Positions 19,969 through 29,015 of a stretch of 64,000 nucleotides of DNA are shown piece by piece. The position numbers and the translations under genes are program-made. The stretch spans positions 1 through 64,000 of IMG/VR virus record IMGVR_UViG_3300033074_001483; one strand, written 5' to 3'. The notes under the pieces were generated by a model. The model was not told the origin of the DNA. It ran no database searches and saw only the letters and a program-made list of their open reading frames with translations. The first letter of the stretch is position 1, and every line of letters begins with the position of its first letter. Origin of the DNA: a virus (taxonomy: Duplodnaviria; Caudoviricetes).

Positions 19969-20652
19969 TTACGTTTGGATTGCAGTAATCATCGGAATTC
20001 CAGCCGGAACTTCCGTATATGTTTCGCAACTATTTGTCACGGAACCAGATAGGATAATGTTACCCAAAGTCCGAATTTCTTGAACTTTGGAGAACAAGTC
20101 GTTCCCTGCGATCAGATTACCAACCCCATCATCATAAATATCAACGTTATCATCAAGGTTGGTGTCATACATGCGAATAGTTCCCGCAACCAAGCGATCT
20201 CCCATCATATTTCGGGGTATTGAGAACATAAGAAAACGATTTCCGATGATTCTTATGGTTTCGCTTCTCGGGAAATCAATGTTTTCCATTCCAAAAATTT
20301 GAAGAGGATTGCGATATAAATTGTAAAATGCCTTCTCTATCTGGTCATAAACCAAACGTTTGTACGTACCATTGGCATTTTGAGGTTCGTCTGGATAGAA
20401 ATATCCGCTTCCACTCACACCTTCTTCATATTGAGCAAGGTCGTCCTCTTGTTGCTCCAAAGCGATACTACACTCACGATTCAGAATAGGAGTTCCTGAA
20501 TAATCAATGTAATCAAGAGCAACGGCAATTTCTGGAGTATCTGGTGGTTCAATTAAAACAAGGTCATCATTGACAACATTAGACAGTTCCCATGCCTTTA
20601 TCGCCGGAAAGGGTGATAGCACTTTACTGCTTTTTCCAATTTGCTTAATCAT
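19969..20652 (-). CDS. Structural protein, paralog of the N-terminal part of 24553..25692
   Basis: Aligns by eye with 24553..25692 (PPDTPEIAVALDYIDY vs PPDSPEVPVAMDYVDY; LFSKVQEIR in both). Confidence 0.7.
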   Translation of the reverse strand: MIKQIGKSSKVLSPFPAIKAWELSNVVNDDLVLIEPPDTPEIAVALDYIDYSGTPILNRECSIALEQQEDDLAQYEEGVSGSGYFYPDEPQNANGTYKRLVYDQIEKAFYNLYRNPLQIFGMENIDFPRSETIRIIGNRFLMFSIPRNMMGDRLVAGTIRMYDTNLDDNVDIYDDGVGNLIAGNDLFSKVQEIRTLGNIILSGSVTNSCETYTEVPAGIPMITAIQT

Positions 20653-21968
20653 TATTCAAGAATTCTTCCCCAAGTGTATTTGAAATACAGTGTCAGAGTT
20701 TGTGTATCTGTCTTTACTTGTGGTTGGTCAAATCTCATTGTATATGCACACGCCTGAAACCAAGGGTCATAAAAGAGCGGGGAGCCATGTCTGGAACCCA
20801 AACCACAAGTGTATAATCTATCACTATTGGAATCATTCAACCCAAAAGTTGCGTACTTAAATCTGCTATAGCTACCACAAGTATAAGGTGTAAGAGTAGA
20901 GCTTGCCAAGGAAGCACTCTGACTTCTATTAATCTTGCCCGGTGATCCAAGCGATCCTGTTGGAGGAAATAAAGATTCTGAATTTGCCGACAACCAAAAA
21001 TAACAATTCCCTTCAGAAGTAAATGGTTCAAAATTAGATTGACCGACAGCACTATCTGCTCCACTGGAAAAAATTCTATTTTGCCAAGTATATAAATTTA
21101 GAACTTGAATGGATTGAGTTACATTCGTATTCGTAGATGGTGCTACTGGCCATCCAGAAATAGGAACATTTGACGTATAAACAGAGTTTGTCGGAGAAAG
21201 TTGAATGAACAATCCATAAACCATTCTTAATCTTTGGTCGAAGCTTAATGTTACTGGAGCTGGAAGACGGATTCTTGAAAACACGGTCTTGCTTTGGGCA
21301 GTTACCGACCATCCCACTCCAACTTCTGTATAGCTTCTGGAAATGCTTTCACTTCCGAAATCATACGTTCGATAATGCATAACAGTTCCATTTGGAGCAT
21401 CCATGATAGTTCCATTGTACAAATCCAAATAGGAAGAAGTTGTAATTCCCGTACCGGCACGACGAACTTCTTGTTCCAATCTATCTTGTGATGTTTTCCA
21501 AATAGTAAAGGATTGGGTGGAAACCACCAATAGGGAATTGTTAACAGAAGCGGATAAGTCGCTTACCACTGTATCAACAGAAAATGACCCAGTTACCATA
21601 ATTTCGGTCCCATCTTCAAACTTAATCATATCCCCGGCTTGAAGTGACCCGGAATAACCTTCATATATGGAGGAAGAAAAATCTTGGATTCCACCCGGCT
21701 TAACATCAAGATATAAAAATCCATTGATTACAGACCCCGAAGAAGCACTGCTCGTGATGAAATTCATTCTGGTTCCAGTTCCCGCAATACCAAGTCTCAT
21801 ACACGTCATATAAGGATGGGCTGCAACAGCATCCATACCGTTATTAAGAATAAGGTTCTTTCTCCATTCCGGCTGACGCCAGATTTCTTTTCCAGTATTG
21901 GTATCTACAACGGCTACTTTGTAAAATCCTTGGAGCATTGCCCCGCATTGATGTGGTACGTAATTCAT
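20652..21968 (-). CDS. Tail-fibre/collar-like structural protein, paralog 1 of 3
   Basis: Shares GFYKVAVVD...W.KNLILN.GMD and EVGV...FSRI motifs with the next two ORFs. Confidence 0.65.
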   Translation of the reverse strand: MNYVPHQCGAMLQGFYKVAVVDTNTGKEIWRQPEWRKNLILNNGMDAVAAHPYMTCMRLGIAGTGTRMNFITSSASSGSVINGFLYLDVKPGGIQDFSSSIYEGYSGSLQAGDMIKFEDGTEIMVTGSFSVDTVVSDLSASVNNSLLVVSTQSFTIWKTSQDRLEQEVRRAGTGITTSSYLDLYNGTIMDAPNGTVMHYRTYDFGSESISRSYTEVGVGWSVTAQSKTVFSRIRLPAPVTLSFDQRLRMVYGLFIQLSPTNSVYTSNVPISGWPVAPSTNTNVTQSIQVLNLYTWQNRIFSSGADSAVGQSNFEPFTSEGNCYFWLSANSESLFPPTGSLGSPGKINRSQSASLASSTLTPYTCGSYSRFKYATFGLNDSNSDRLYTCGLGSRHGSPLFYDPWFQACAYTMRFDQPQVKTDTQTLTLYFKYTWGRILE

Positions 21969-21972
21969 ATGT

Positions 21973-23280
21973 TTAACTGCTTGTTAGTACTCGGTTCCAA
22001 CTCCACAAATAACGGAAAGTAAGTGCCTGAGTGTTGTATTTAGATTGAGTTTGCTCAAACATCACTGCAAACGTTTGTCCATTTGACGTGGAAGTTCCAT
22101 ATCCACCATTATTATTTCCAAATCCAGTAGTCTTCAGAGTTGTAAAGTTGATCTGTGTCGGATTGAAAGTAGCATATTTAGTCCTCTGATAACTTCCAAG
22201 AACATACTCGTCCAATTCCGAACTTGCTGTTGCCGCTGTCCCAAAACTTGTTCTGGTTGGTGGAGACGATGGCATCTGAACAAGTGATTGAGAATTTGTG
22301 GATAACCAAAACCCGCATATTTGTCCAGAGGAAGGTACATCCAATGTTCCGTTGTTCGTAACAGATGTTCCGTTCGAATTATTTATGTAGGAATAAAACG
22401 GTCTTCCAGTAACCGTTGTATGTTGCATCGCCTGTAAAGATTGAGTTATATTTGTGTTTTTGGCCGGTGAAACTGGCCAACCAGAAATAGAGGGATTGGT
22501 CATATAGCTTGCAGATTCAGGAGAATAACACACATTCAAAGTGTAGTACAATCTTAACCTTTCACTTATTCCAACTGCCACTGGCGAGGTCAAAAGTATT
22601 CTTGAAAAAGTGCTTTTTTGAGGGGAATCGTCTGCATCCCACGCTACTCCTACTTCATTATAATTTCTTAAAATGCTTTCAGAGGCAAAGTCAAAAATCC
22701 TTTGGTGATGGATTTGATTTACAGATGACGAGTAAGAATAACAAGACGTTGCATTTTCTATGAAATAGGACGCATTGGTTATTCCAGTTCTGGCACATCT
22801 TTTAACTTCTATTTGAAGTCCTGTTTGTGATGTTTTCCATATAGCAAACGATTGGCTGGCAACAGTTATAGTTGAACTTAATGATGCAGAAAAGTCACTG
22901 ACTCCTGTTACTACAACATCCGTTCCATCGTTAAAACGAATAAGATCACCTGCATCCAGAATTCCTCCAATCCATCCTCCATATGTTGTGGTATTCAAAT
23001 CTTGAATTCCGCTTCCAACGGGTAATAAATAAAACCATCCACCAATCGCAGACCCCGAGGATTCTCCTCCTTGAAGATTGTTTACACGAGTTCCCCCTCC
23101 AGCAATTCCGAACTCCATCACTTCAACTGGATACATCGAAGCAAGAGCGTCCATTCCCTGATTTAGAATCAGGTTCTTTTTCCACTCTGGTTGTTTCCAA
23201 ATCTCTTTTCCAGTTGCATCTACTACCGCAACTTTATAGAAACCTTCGAGAGTTAATCTAATTTTTCCGTCATAGTTCAT
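21973..23280 (-). CDS. Tail-fibre/collar-like structural protein, paralog 2 of 3
   Basis: Same motifs. Start placed at MNYDGK, giving a TAATG overlap with the upstream gene. Confidence 0.65.
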   Translation of the reverse strand: MNYDGKIRLTLEGFYKVAVVDATGKEIWKQPEWKKNLILNQGMDALASMYPVEVMEFGIAGGGTRVNNLQGGESSGSAIGGWFYLLPVGSGIQDLNTTTYGGWIGGILDAGDLIRFNDGTDVVVTGVSDFSASLSSTITVASQSFAIWKTSQTGLQIEVKRCARTGITNASYFIENATSCYSYSSSVNQIHHQRIFDFASESILRNYNEVGVAWDADDSPQKSTFSRILLTSPVAVGISERLRLYYTLNVCYSPESASYMTNPSISGWPVSPAKNTNITQSLQAMQHTTVTGRPFYSYINNSNGTSVTNNGTLDVPSSGQICGFWLSTNSQSLVQMPSSPPTRTSFGTAATASSELDEYVLGSYQRTKYATFNPTQINFTTLKTTGFGNNNGGYGTSTSNGQTFAVMFEQTQSKYNTQALTFRYLWSWNRVLTSS

Positions 23281-24539
23281 TATGCCAAGACTCTGCTCCA
23301 CGTCCATCGGTAAGTGAATGAAAGCGTTTGTGTATTGTACTTCGATTGTGTTTGTTCAAACAACATTGCGTATGATTGTCCCGTCGAACGATAAGCATAG
23401 TATGTTGTTGGTGAGTGATAACCAAATCCAAATGAAGCCAGATCTTGGTAGTTCATTTGGCTAAGTCCAAACGTTCCATTCTTATACAATGTATATGAAC
23501 CAGCAATATAAACATCTTGTGTAGATGTAGTTGTATCTGCGGTTCCAAAAGAATCTCTGTTGACGGGAGTATTTCCAAACGTCACGAGAGATTGTGAATT
23601 GGTTGATGCCCAAAATGCACATTGGTTTCCAGTTGAAGCTGGTTCCAGCGGCGTGATAGTTGTTGCAGAAACACCATTCGTGTTAATTGATGATACCAAG
23701 ATTTGTTGGATAGATTCCGTCATATTGGTATTCGTAGATGGTGCTACTGGCCATCCATTAACAATTGCATTTGAAACATATTGAGACGATGTTGGTAAGA
23801 ACGTTACTTGTAATTGATAAACCAGACGCAACCTTTGTCCTGTATCAATGGATACAGTTACGGGCAAAAGAATACGTGAGAACGTAGTTCCTACTCCCGA
23901 TGTCGCCCTAGATACTCCGACTTCCGCATAAGTAGTAGGAGATACTTCTACTGCAAAGTCATAGGTTCTCAAATATGTTACCACATTTTCTGAAATACTG
24001 GATCCACAATTGCCAACACCAGTTAGATAGGAGGAACCTACAATACCGCTGCCGCCACGCTTTGATTCATATTGCATCTCCGTTTGTGATGTTTTCCAGA
24101 TGGTGAATGATTGGGAAGAAACAGTGTCGGTTGGAGTAACCGCACAAGTTGTTGACCCAACGCCTCCGACCTTTACTTCAGTTCCATCGTTAAATCGAAT
24201 TATATCACCCGTGGCCAAACTTCCACTCCATCCACCCCAAATTTCGGTGTCAAAATTTTGGATTCCTCCCGGTTGAGGATCAAGGACCAATCCTCCAAGA
24301 ATGACGGATGCGGATGACGCACTACTGGTAATTGAATTTACACGACTCCCAGTGCCGGCAACTCCGTAACGCATTACTTCGGCTAAGTAAAAAGACGGGA
24401 GCATATCCATTCCCTGATTAAGAATAAGATTCTTCTCCCACTCTGGTTGTCTCCAAATTTCATTTCCATCAGCACCTACAACGGCGACTTTGTAGAAGCC
24501 TTCAAGTCCCAGTTTGAATTCTTGTGTTATTTCTTTCAT
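23280..24539 (-). CDS. Tail-fibre/collar-like structural protein, paralog 3 of 3
   Basis: Same motifs. Start placed at MKEITQEF. Confidence 0.65.
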   Translation of the reverse strand: MKEITQEFKLGLEGFYKVAVVGADGNEIWRQPEWEKNLILNQGMDMLPSFYLAEVMRYGVAGTGSRVNSITSSASSASVILGGLVLDPQPGGIQNFDTEIWGGWSGSLATGDIIRFNDGTEVKVGGVGSTTCAVTPTDTVSSQSFTIWKTSQTEMQYESKRGGSGIVGSSYLTGVGNCGSSISENVVTYLRTYDFAVEVSPTTYAEVGVSRATSGVGTTFSRILLPVTVSIDTGQRLRLVYQLQVTFLPTSSQYVSNAIVNGWPVAPSTNTNMTESIQQILVSSINTNGVSATTITPLEPASTGNQCAFWASTNSQSLVTFGNTPVNRDSFGTADTTTSTQDVYIAGSYTLYKNGTFGLSQMNYQDLASFGFGYHSPTTYYAYRSTGQSYAMLFEQTQSKYNTQTLSFTYRWTWSRVLA

Positions 24540-24552
24540 ATGTTTGTTTTGG

Positions 24553-25692
24553 TTATTCTGGAATAACTGTTCCGTTGGAACTTGTGGCGAATCCTGTTCC
24601 TCCATAAACAATACTCCTTGTTCCATTCAAAAATCCTATACTCATAGTTTGATATGCATTCTTAGCAGGTGCAACTATTGCTTCATTCTTTATGGATGCA
24701 CTATAGAAATTGACATCCCACGATGCACTTTCTGCATGTTCGATTTCGACAATTATATCAGAGAGCGACCCGCTATAGAATGTGATGTCCAACGATTGCG
24801 ACTCCACACTTGCACTAATTGTCATAACCCGATCAAATATCGAACCACTTAGGAATATAATATCCAGTGATCCAGTATCATTACCATACATTTCTACCGC
24901 TTGATCAAACAAAGTTCCTTGATAGAACCTTGTAATGGCAGTAGTCATGATATCTTCCTCAGTTCTATAATCCAAAGAACCATATACATATCCAACTCCA
25001 ATTCCAGCTTGAATTCCTCCAACGCTTATCACTTCGTTAATGTGGGTGTCGTCATAGACTTCACAACTATTGGTGACTTCACCATCTATAATTATGTTTC
25101 CAAGTGATCTTATCTCTTGAACTTTGGAAAACAAATTAGTGCCTGCCAAGAGGTTTTGATATCCATCATCATGAATTTCTACATTATCATCAAGTGAAGT
25201 ATCATACAATTGAATGGTATTGGGTACAAGACGATCTCCCCAGAAACGTTGGGGAATGTTAAATAAACGAATGAATTCGGAAATTTGTCGGTCAGTTTTA
25301 CCAAGCGGGAAATCAATGTGGTCCATCCCGAAGATTTTGGTGGGGTCTCGGTAAAGATTATAAAAACTCCTCCACGTTTGATCCCAAACGAGGCGTTTAT
25401 AGGTTCCGTCTTGATTCTGAGGAGCATCGGGGAAAAAGAATCCCGACCCGCTCACTCCTTCTTGATAAATAACCTCATTTCCATCCTGTTGCTCAAGAGC
25501 AATATTACAGACACGGTTTAGAATGGGGCTGGAGCCGCCATAGTCAACATAGTCCATCGCAACTGGTACTTCTGGACTATCAGGAGGTTCGATTAAGACT
25601 ACATCATCATTCTGAACATTGTACAGCTCCCACTGCTTACTCGCAGCGAAGGGAGTTGTCAGAAAGTTCTGGTGATTGATGTGCTTGATCAT
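24553..25692 (-). CDS. Structural protein (paralog of 19969..20652 with a C-terminal extension)
   Basis: Sequence similarity noted above; position within the baseplate cluster. Confidence 0.7.
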   Translation of the reverse strand: MIKHINHQNFLTTPFAASKQWELYNVQNDDVVLIEPPDSPEVPVAMDYVDYGGSSPILNRVCNIALEQQDGNEVIYQEGVSGSGFFFPDAPQNQDGTYKRLVWDQTWRSFYNLYRDPTKIFGMDHIDFPLGKTDRQISEFIRLFNIPQRFWGDRLVPNTIQLYDTSLDDNVEIHDDGYQNLLAGTNLFSKVQEIRSLGNIIIDGEVTNSCEVYDDTHINEVISVGGIQAGIGVGYVYGSLDYRTEEDIMTTAITRFYQGTLFDQAVEMYGNDTGSLDIIFLSGSIFDRVMTISASVESQSLDITFYSGSLSDIIVEIEHAESASWDVNFYSASIKNEAIVAPAKNAYQTMSIGFLNGTRSIVYGGTGFATSSNGTVIPE

Positions 25693-25702
25693 TCATTCAA
25701 TC

Positions 25703-26848
25703 TTAGAAGTCGAGACGAACTTTGATCAGCAGTTCTTGGTCAAACGATTTAACAGCCGGTCTGCTCATTTTGGCAACTGCTACAAGTTCGTTGCTATCAT
25801 TGTACAATCCAACCGTTGTGATATAAGTTTTTGGGTCGTTGATGAAATCAGTATTGAAAATCGTTCCCTTGGAATGACCAGCAATACCATCGGTTCCATC
25901 GTACACGTAAGTTGGATTGTTGCTGTAGTTGAAGTCTCGGTTCATAACACGCACGAAATAATGTCGTGCGGGAACATATTCACTTTTACGGATCTTAATA
26001 GTAGTATCAGCACTTTGAAGCATTGCTGCTAGAGTTTTGTGATTGTAAGTGTAATCGGTCGAGATCGTAGTGCCAGGAGTATATGGCCACGTACTGTCAG
26101 TTCCCGGGCCTCCAGTACCTATGCCAGCACCAGTATTTCCACTAAGACCAAGTTTTTCCGCAATTATGGCAGCGTTGAGAATTATGATACCATCATTTGG
26201 ATAGAAAAGTCCAAACCCTTCATAAGTCGGTTCGGCAGGAGGATTATTCAAAGTTCCACGAATGATTTGATAGACAGATGATTGTTGAGTCAAATACTGA
26301 GAATTATCAATGAACGTAATGGAATTTCCATCAGAACCGCTTAACGTAAATTCAATTAGCCCTTCATCAATTCGGTCTTTCATCTTGTACGCTGAAAAAT
26401 TCATGACCCATATATCCGTTGCATCTGTTGTCGTACTCGCACTCTGCATTGTGAAAACACCATCCAAATCAGATGTTCCAAGAAGAATATTTTTGTACTG
26501 AGTGTAAACGGTTTTGGCAGGAGAAGCCATAATATTTGCCGTTTCATTTGGGAATGATCCGCTACCAATATCTCCTGCCACACTTCCATAAGCAATCGAG
26601 AAGTACGGATCGTTATTCACATATGCCGTGTCGCCAGGATACATGTTAAGGTAATACATCGTGCGGCGAACATCATAAAAAGATGTCCCATACGATGGAT
26701 TTCCTGCGGAACCTGTTAGTGAAAAGAAGTCATCACGCAATGTGCTTTGACTGATATTCGTAATACCACTTGGCCAAAATCCACTTGCCACACGGGTCGT
26801 ACGTCCAGCTACAACGTCTTGATCGGGATTAAATGTTTTGAATATCAT
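25703..26848 (-). CDS. Baseplate/tail structural protein
   Basis: C-terminal PKTYITTVGLYNDSNELVAVAKMSRP domain shared with 12538..14973; cluster context. Confidence 0.65.
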   Translation of the reverse strand: MIFKTFNPDQDVVAGRTTRVASGFWPSGITNISQSTLRDDFFSLTGSAGNPSYGTSFYDVRRTMYYLNMYPGDTAYVNNDPYFSIAYGSVAGDIGSGSFPNETANIMASPAKTVYTQYKNILLGTSDLDGVFTMQSASTTTDATDIWVMNFSAYKMKDRIDEGLIEFTLSGSDGNSITFIDNSQYLTQQSSVYQIIRGTLNNPPAEPTYEGFGLFYPNDGIIILNAAIIAEKLGLSGNTGAGIGTGGPGTDSTWPYTPGTTISTDYTYNHKTLAAMLQSADTTIKIRKSEYVPARHYFVRVMNRDFNYSNNPTYVYDGTDGIAGHSKGTIFNTDFINDPKTYITTVGLYNDSNELVAVAKMSRPAVKSFDQELLIKVRLDF

Positions 26849-26854
26849 AATCTA

Positions 26855-27493
26855 TTAGGATGTTGGTGCGGTAACGGTGACTTCAATTGCAATGCTTCCG
26901 CCAGATTCATTTCCAACAATCGTCAAGTTGGTCGTGGTTGTTCTACCAAGACTGCTGTTTGGGACAAAGCGAAAAGTGTTGCCCACAACGACTTGAGCAC
27001 TAGTCGTGTTGACATCACCTGCAAATGTTGGAATTGTATTTGAAACGGCGTTTACCGCATTGGTTTGTTGAACAATGAGAGTTCCTACATTTTTGTTTCC
27101 AAGAATGGCAGTGTACCCGGCCTGAAGGTTATATGCTGGATTCGTGGAAGGGCTGATGATGATTTCACCAGTGTAGTCTCGTGTTACCAAAATCTTATCT
27201 TGAGCAATCGTGATGACTGGAATCGCCGTCACACCTTGGTTCAAGGTTACAAGTTTGTACTTCATCACTTGCGTCTCATCCGTCAACGGTTCAAAGATAG
27301 GAGTATTCCTCAACGCAATATCATAGAATGCGCTGCCGTTGGGGTGGTTGGGCTGATAGAGCCGGTAGTCAATCTCATCATCCGCTAAAGCGAACGACGT
27401 GATATTCAAATTGCCGTTTTTTGCAAGAAGTTCACGACCCTTCTTGGTCAGAACGGCATCAACCGTCACAGTTTGATTGTCGAGATATGCCAT
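26855..27493 (-). CDS. Virion structural protein (tail-collar-like N-terminus)
   Basis: MAYLDN..VTVDAVLTKKGRELLA...ITSFALADDEIDY pattern that I recognise from jumbo-phage structural genes. Confidence 0.65.
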   Translation of the reverse strand: MAYLDNQTVTVDAVLTKKGRELLAKNGNLNITSFALADDEIDYRLYQPNHPNGSAFYDIALRNTPIFEPLTDETQVMKYKLVTLNQGVTAIPVITIAQDKILVTRDYTGEIIISPSTNPAYNLQAGYTAILGNKNVGTLIVQQTNAVNAVSNTIPTFAGDVNTTSAQVVVGNTFRFVPNSSLGRTTTTNLTIVGNESGGSIAIEVTVTAPTS

Positions 27494-27499
27494 AAGTTA

Positions 27500-28273
27500 T
27501 TATACTCCAATACGTTGTAAAAGTTTCTGCATAGAAGATGGATTTATTCCATATTTGAATGCTAATTGTCTCTTGTTTATATTACCGGATAAATACATTT
27601 CTTTTATTGTTTCATATTCTTCTTTTGGAACTTTATTTTTGTGGTATCTGCCTTCGGCAACTGCTTTCTTTACTCCATCTTTTATTCGATTTCGTTCTTT
27701 ATCCGTGAACATCTTCGGAGATTCTAATTTACCTTCCGAAATATGCAAACAATGCTCTGAAGAATAAATCCTTCCAAGATTTGCCTGTTGTGCTTTTTGT
27801 ATATTTTGACGTGAGGTTACTCTTCCCGCCATTTTCTTTATGGTTTCCACAGAATGGGTTCTTCCCGCTCGGTCAACAGACATCTTCATCTTCTGCTCAT
27901 TAGTCCATCGTGGAACTCCTTTTTGAGCCGCCGATATTTTTTCACGTACCCATTGTGGCCTAACCGAGCCGGAAGCTACAGGACATACTGCACTTTTTCG
28001 TATATTGTAACAGTTTGGTGTTCCAACATATAAATCCAATTCGGTTTGTTCTTTTACCAATAATTCTTCGAGAGAACATTCTTTATAAATTTCAAAAATG
28101 AATGAGTCGCCACCATACTTATTCCACGCATTTTGCAAATATGGATTATCGTGTCTGTTTTTCTTCAGATCCAACAAGTGCCTGCTCCATCGGCGAACAA
28201 CATCATCGGAACTTCCGATGTAGAATTTCCCATTCTGTTTATTTGTTATTCGATATACACCGACAAAAGCCAT
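27500..28273 (-). CDS. GIY-YIG homing endonuclease with NUMOD3 repeats and C-terminal HTH
   Basis: GVYRITNKQNGKFYIGSS; HTH-like INKRQLAFKYGINPSSMQKLL. Confidence 0.9.
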   Translation of the reverse strand: MAFVGVYRITNKQNGKFYIGSSDDVVRRWSRHLLDLKKNRHDNPYLQNAWNKYGGDSFIFEIYKECSLEELLVKEQTELDLYVGTPNCYNIRKSAVCPVASGSVRPQWVREKISAAQKGVPRWTNEQKMKMSVDRAGRTHSVETIKKMAGRVTSRQNIQKAQQANLGRIYSSEHCLHISEGKLESPKMFTDKERNRIKDGVKKAVAEGRYHKNKVPKEEYETIKEMYLSGNINKRQLAFKYGINPSSMQKLLQRIGV

Positions 28274-28327
28274 ATTCTTTTATAAAAAGGTACTCATCTA
28301 TAAGTATTATCCTGAGACCTTTTTCTT

Positions 28328-29005
28328 TTACTTGTTTATGACGTTATCACTCTGAATCAGGTTCAAATTGCTCACTTGAGTCGCCTGAACAGGAGATGTT
28401 CCGTCTTCCAATCCATCTTCCCCCACTGTAGAGAGATTTGTTTGTTGATTTCTCTTATACGATCCCGAGGTAATTTGGTTGTTTTCTTTACCATAAGTCA
28501 CAAGACTGTACAGCGAAAACAAATGTCTTTTGTGAGTAAAGTGATTTCTGGGGTATCCACCAACAATTTCAAAATAAGTACCATCATCCCTAAAAATTGG
28601 GGGAGGACCATAAACATCCCTCGATTCCAGACTTGAACTCAGAGTGTTATAGGTGTACGTATAATTATTGGTAACGGCGTTTGGGCTGTTTCTAAATGTA
28701 CTCTCCGTATGTGACCATAAGTCGGGAGGATATTGATACTGTGGGGCTGCTGGGGTACGATCTTCTATGCTTGCAGAATAAACAATAGAATCAAACCATT
28801 CCTTTGATACGACTACATAATCGTACAAATAAATTGAACAAGTTGAATACAATGCATCTTTTGGGTTATCTGTTCTGCTGTACGATCCACTACGAGCATA
28901 AATGGTATGCTTGGTCCATCTCTTTAACAAAAAGGACGAACTCCCATACAAAGGATGGGTTGTTTTAGTCATGTCAAAAAATATTTCGCCTTTTCGGTTA
29001 TGCAT
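28328..29005 (-). CDS. Hypothetical structural-cluster protein
   Basis: 225-aa ORF packed between structural genes. Confidence 0.65.
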   Translation of the reverse strand: MHNRKGEIFFDMTKTTHPLYGSSSFLLKRWTKHTIYARSGSYSRTDNPKDALYSTCSIYLYDYVVVSKEWFDSIVYSASIEDRTPAAPQYQYPPDLWSHTESTFRNSPNAVTNNYTYTYNTLSSSLESRDVYGPPPIFRDDGTYFEIVGGYPRNHFTHKRHLFSLYSLVTYGKENNQITSGSYKRNQQTNLSTVGEDGLEDGTSPVQATQVSNLNLIQSDNVINK

Positions 29006-29015
29006 AGTCTCTAAA

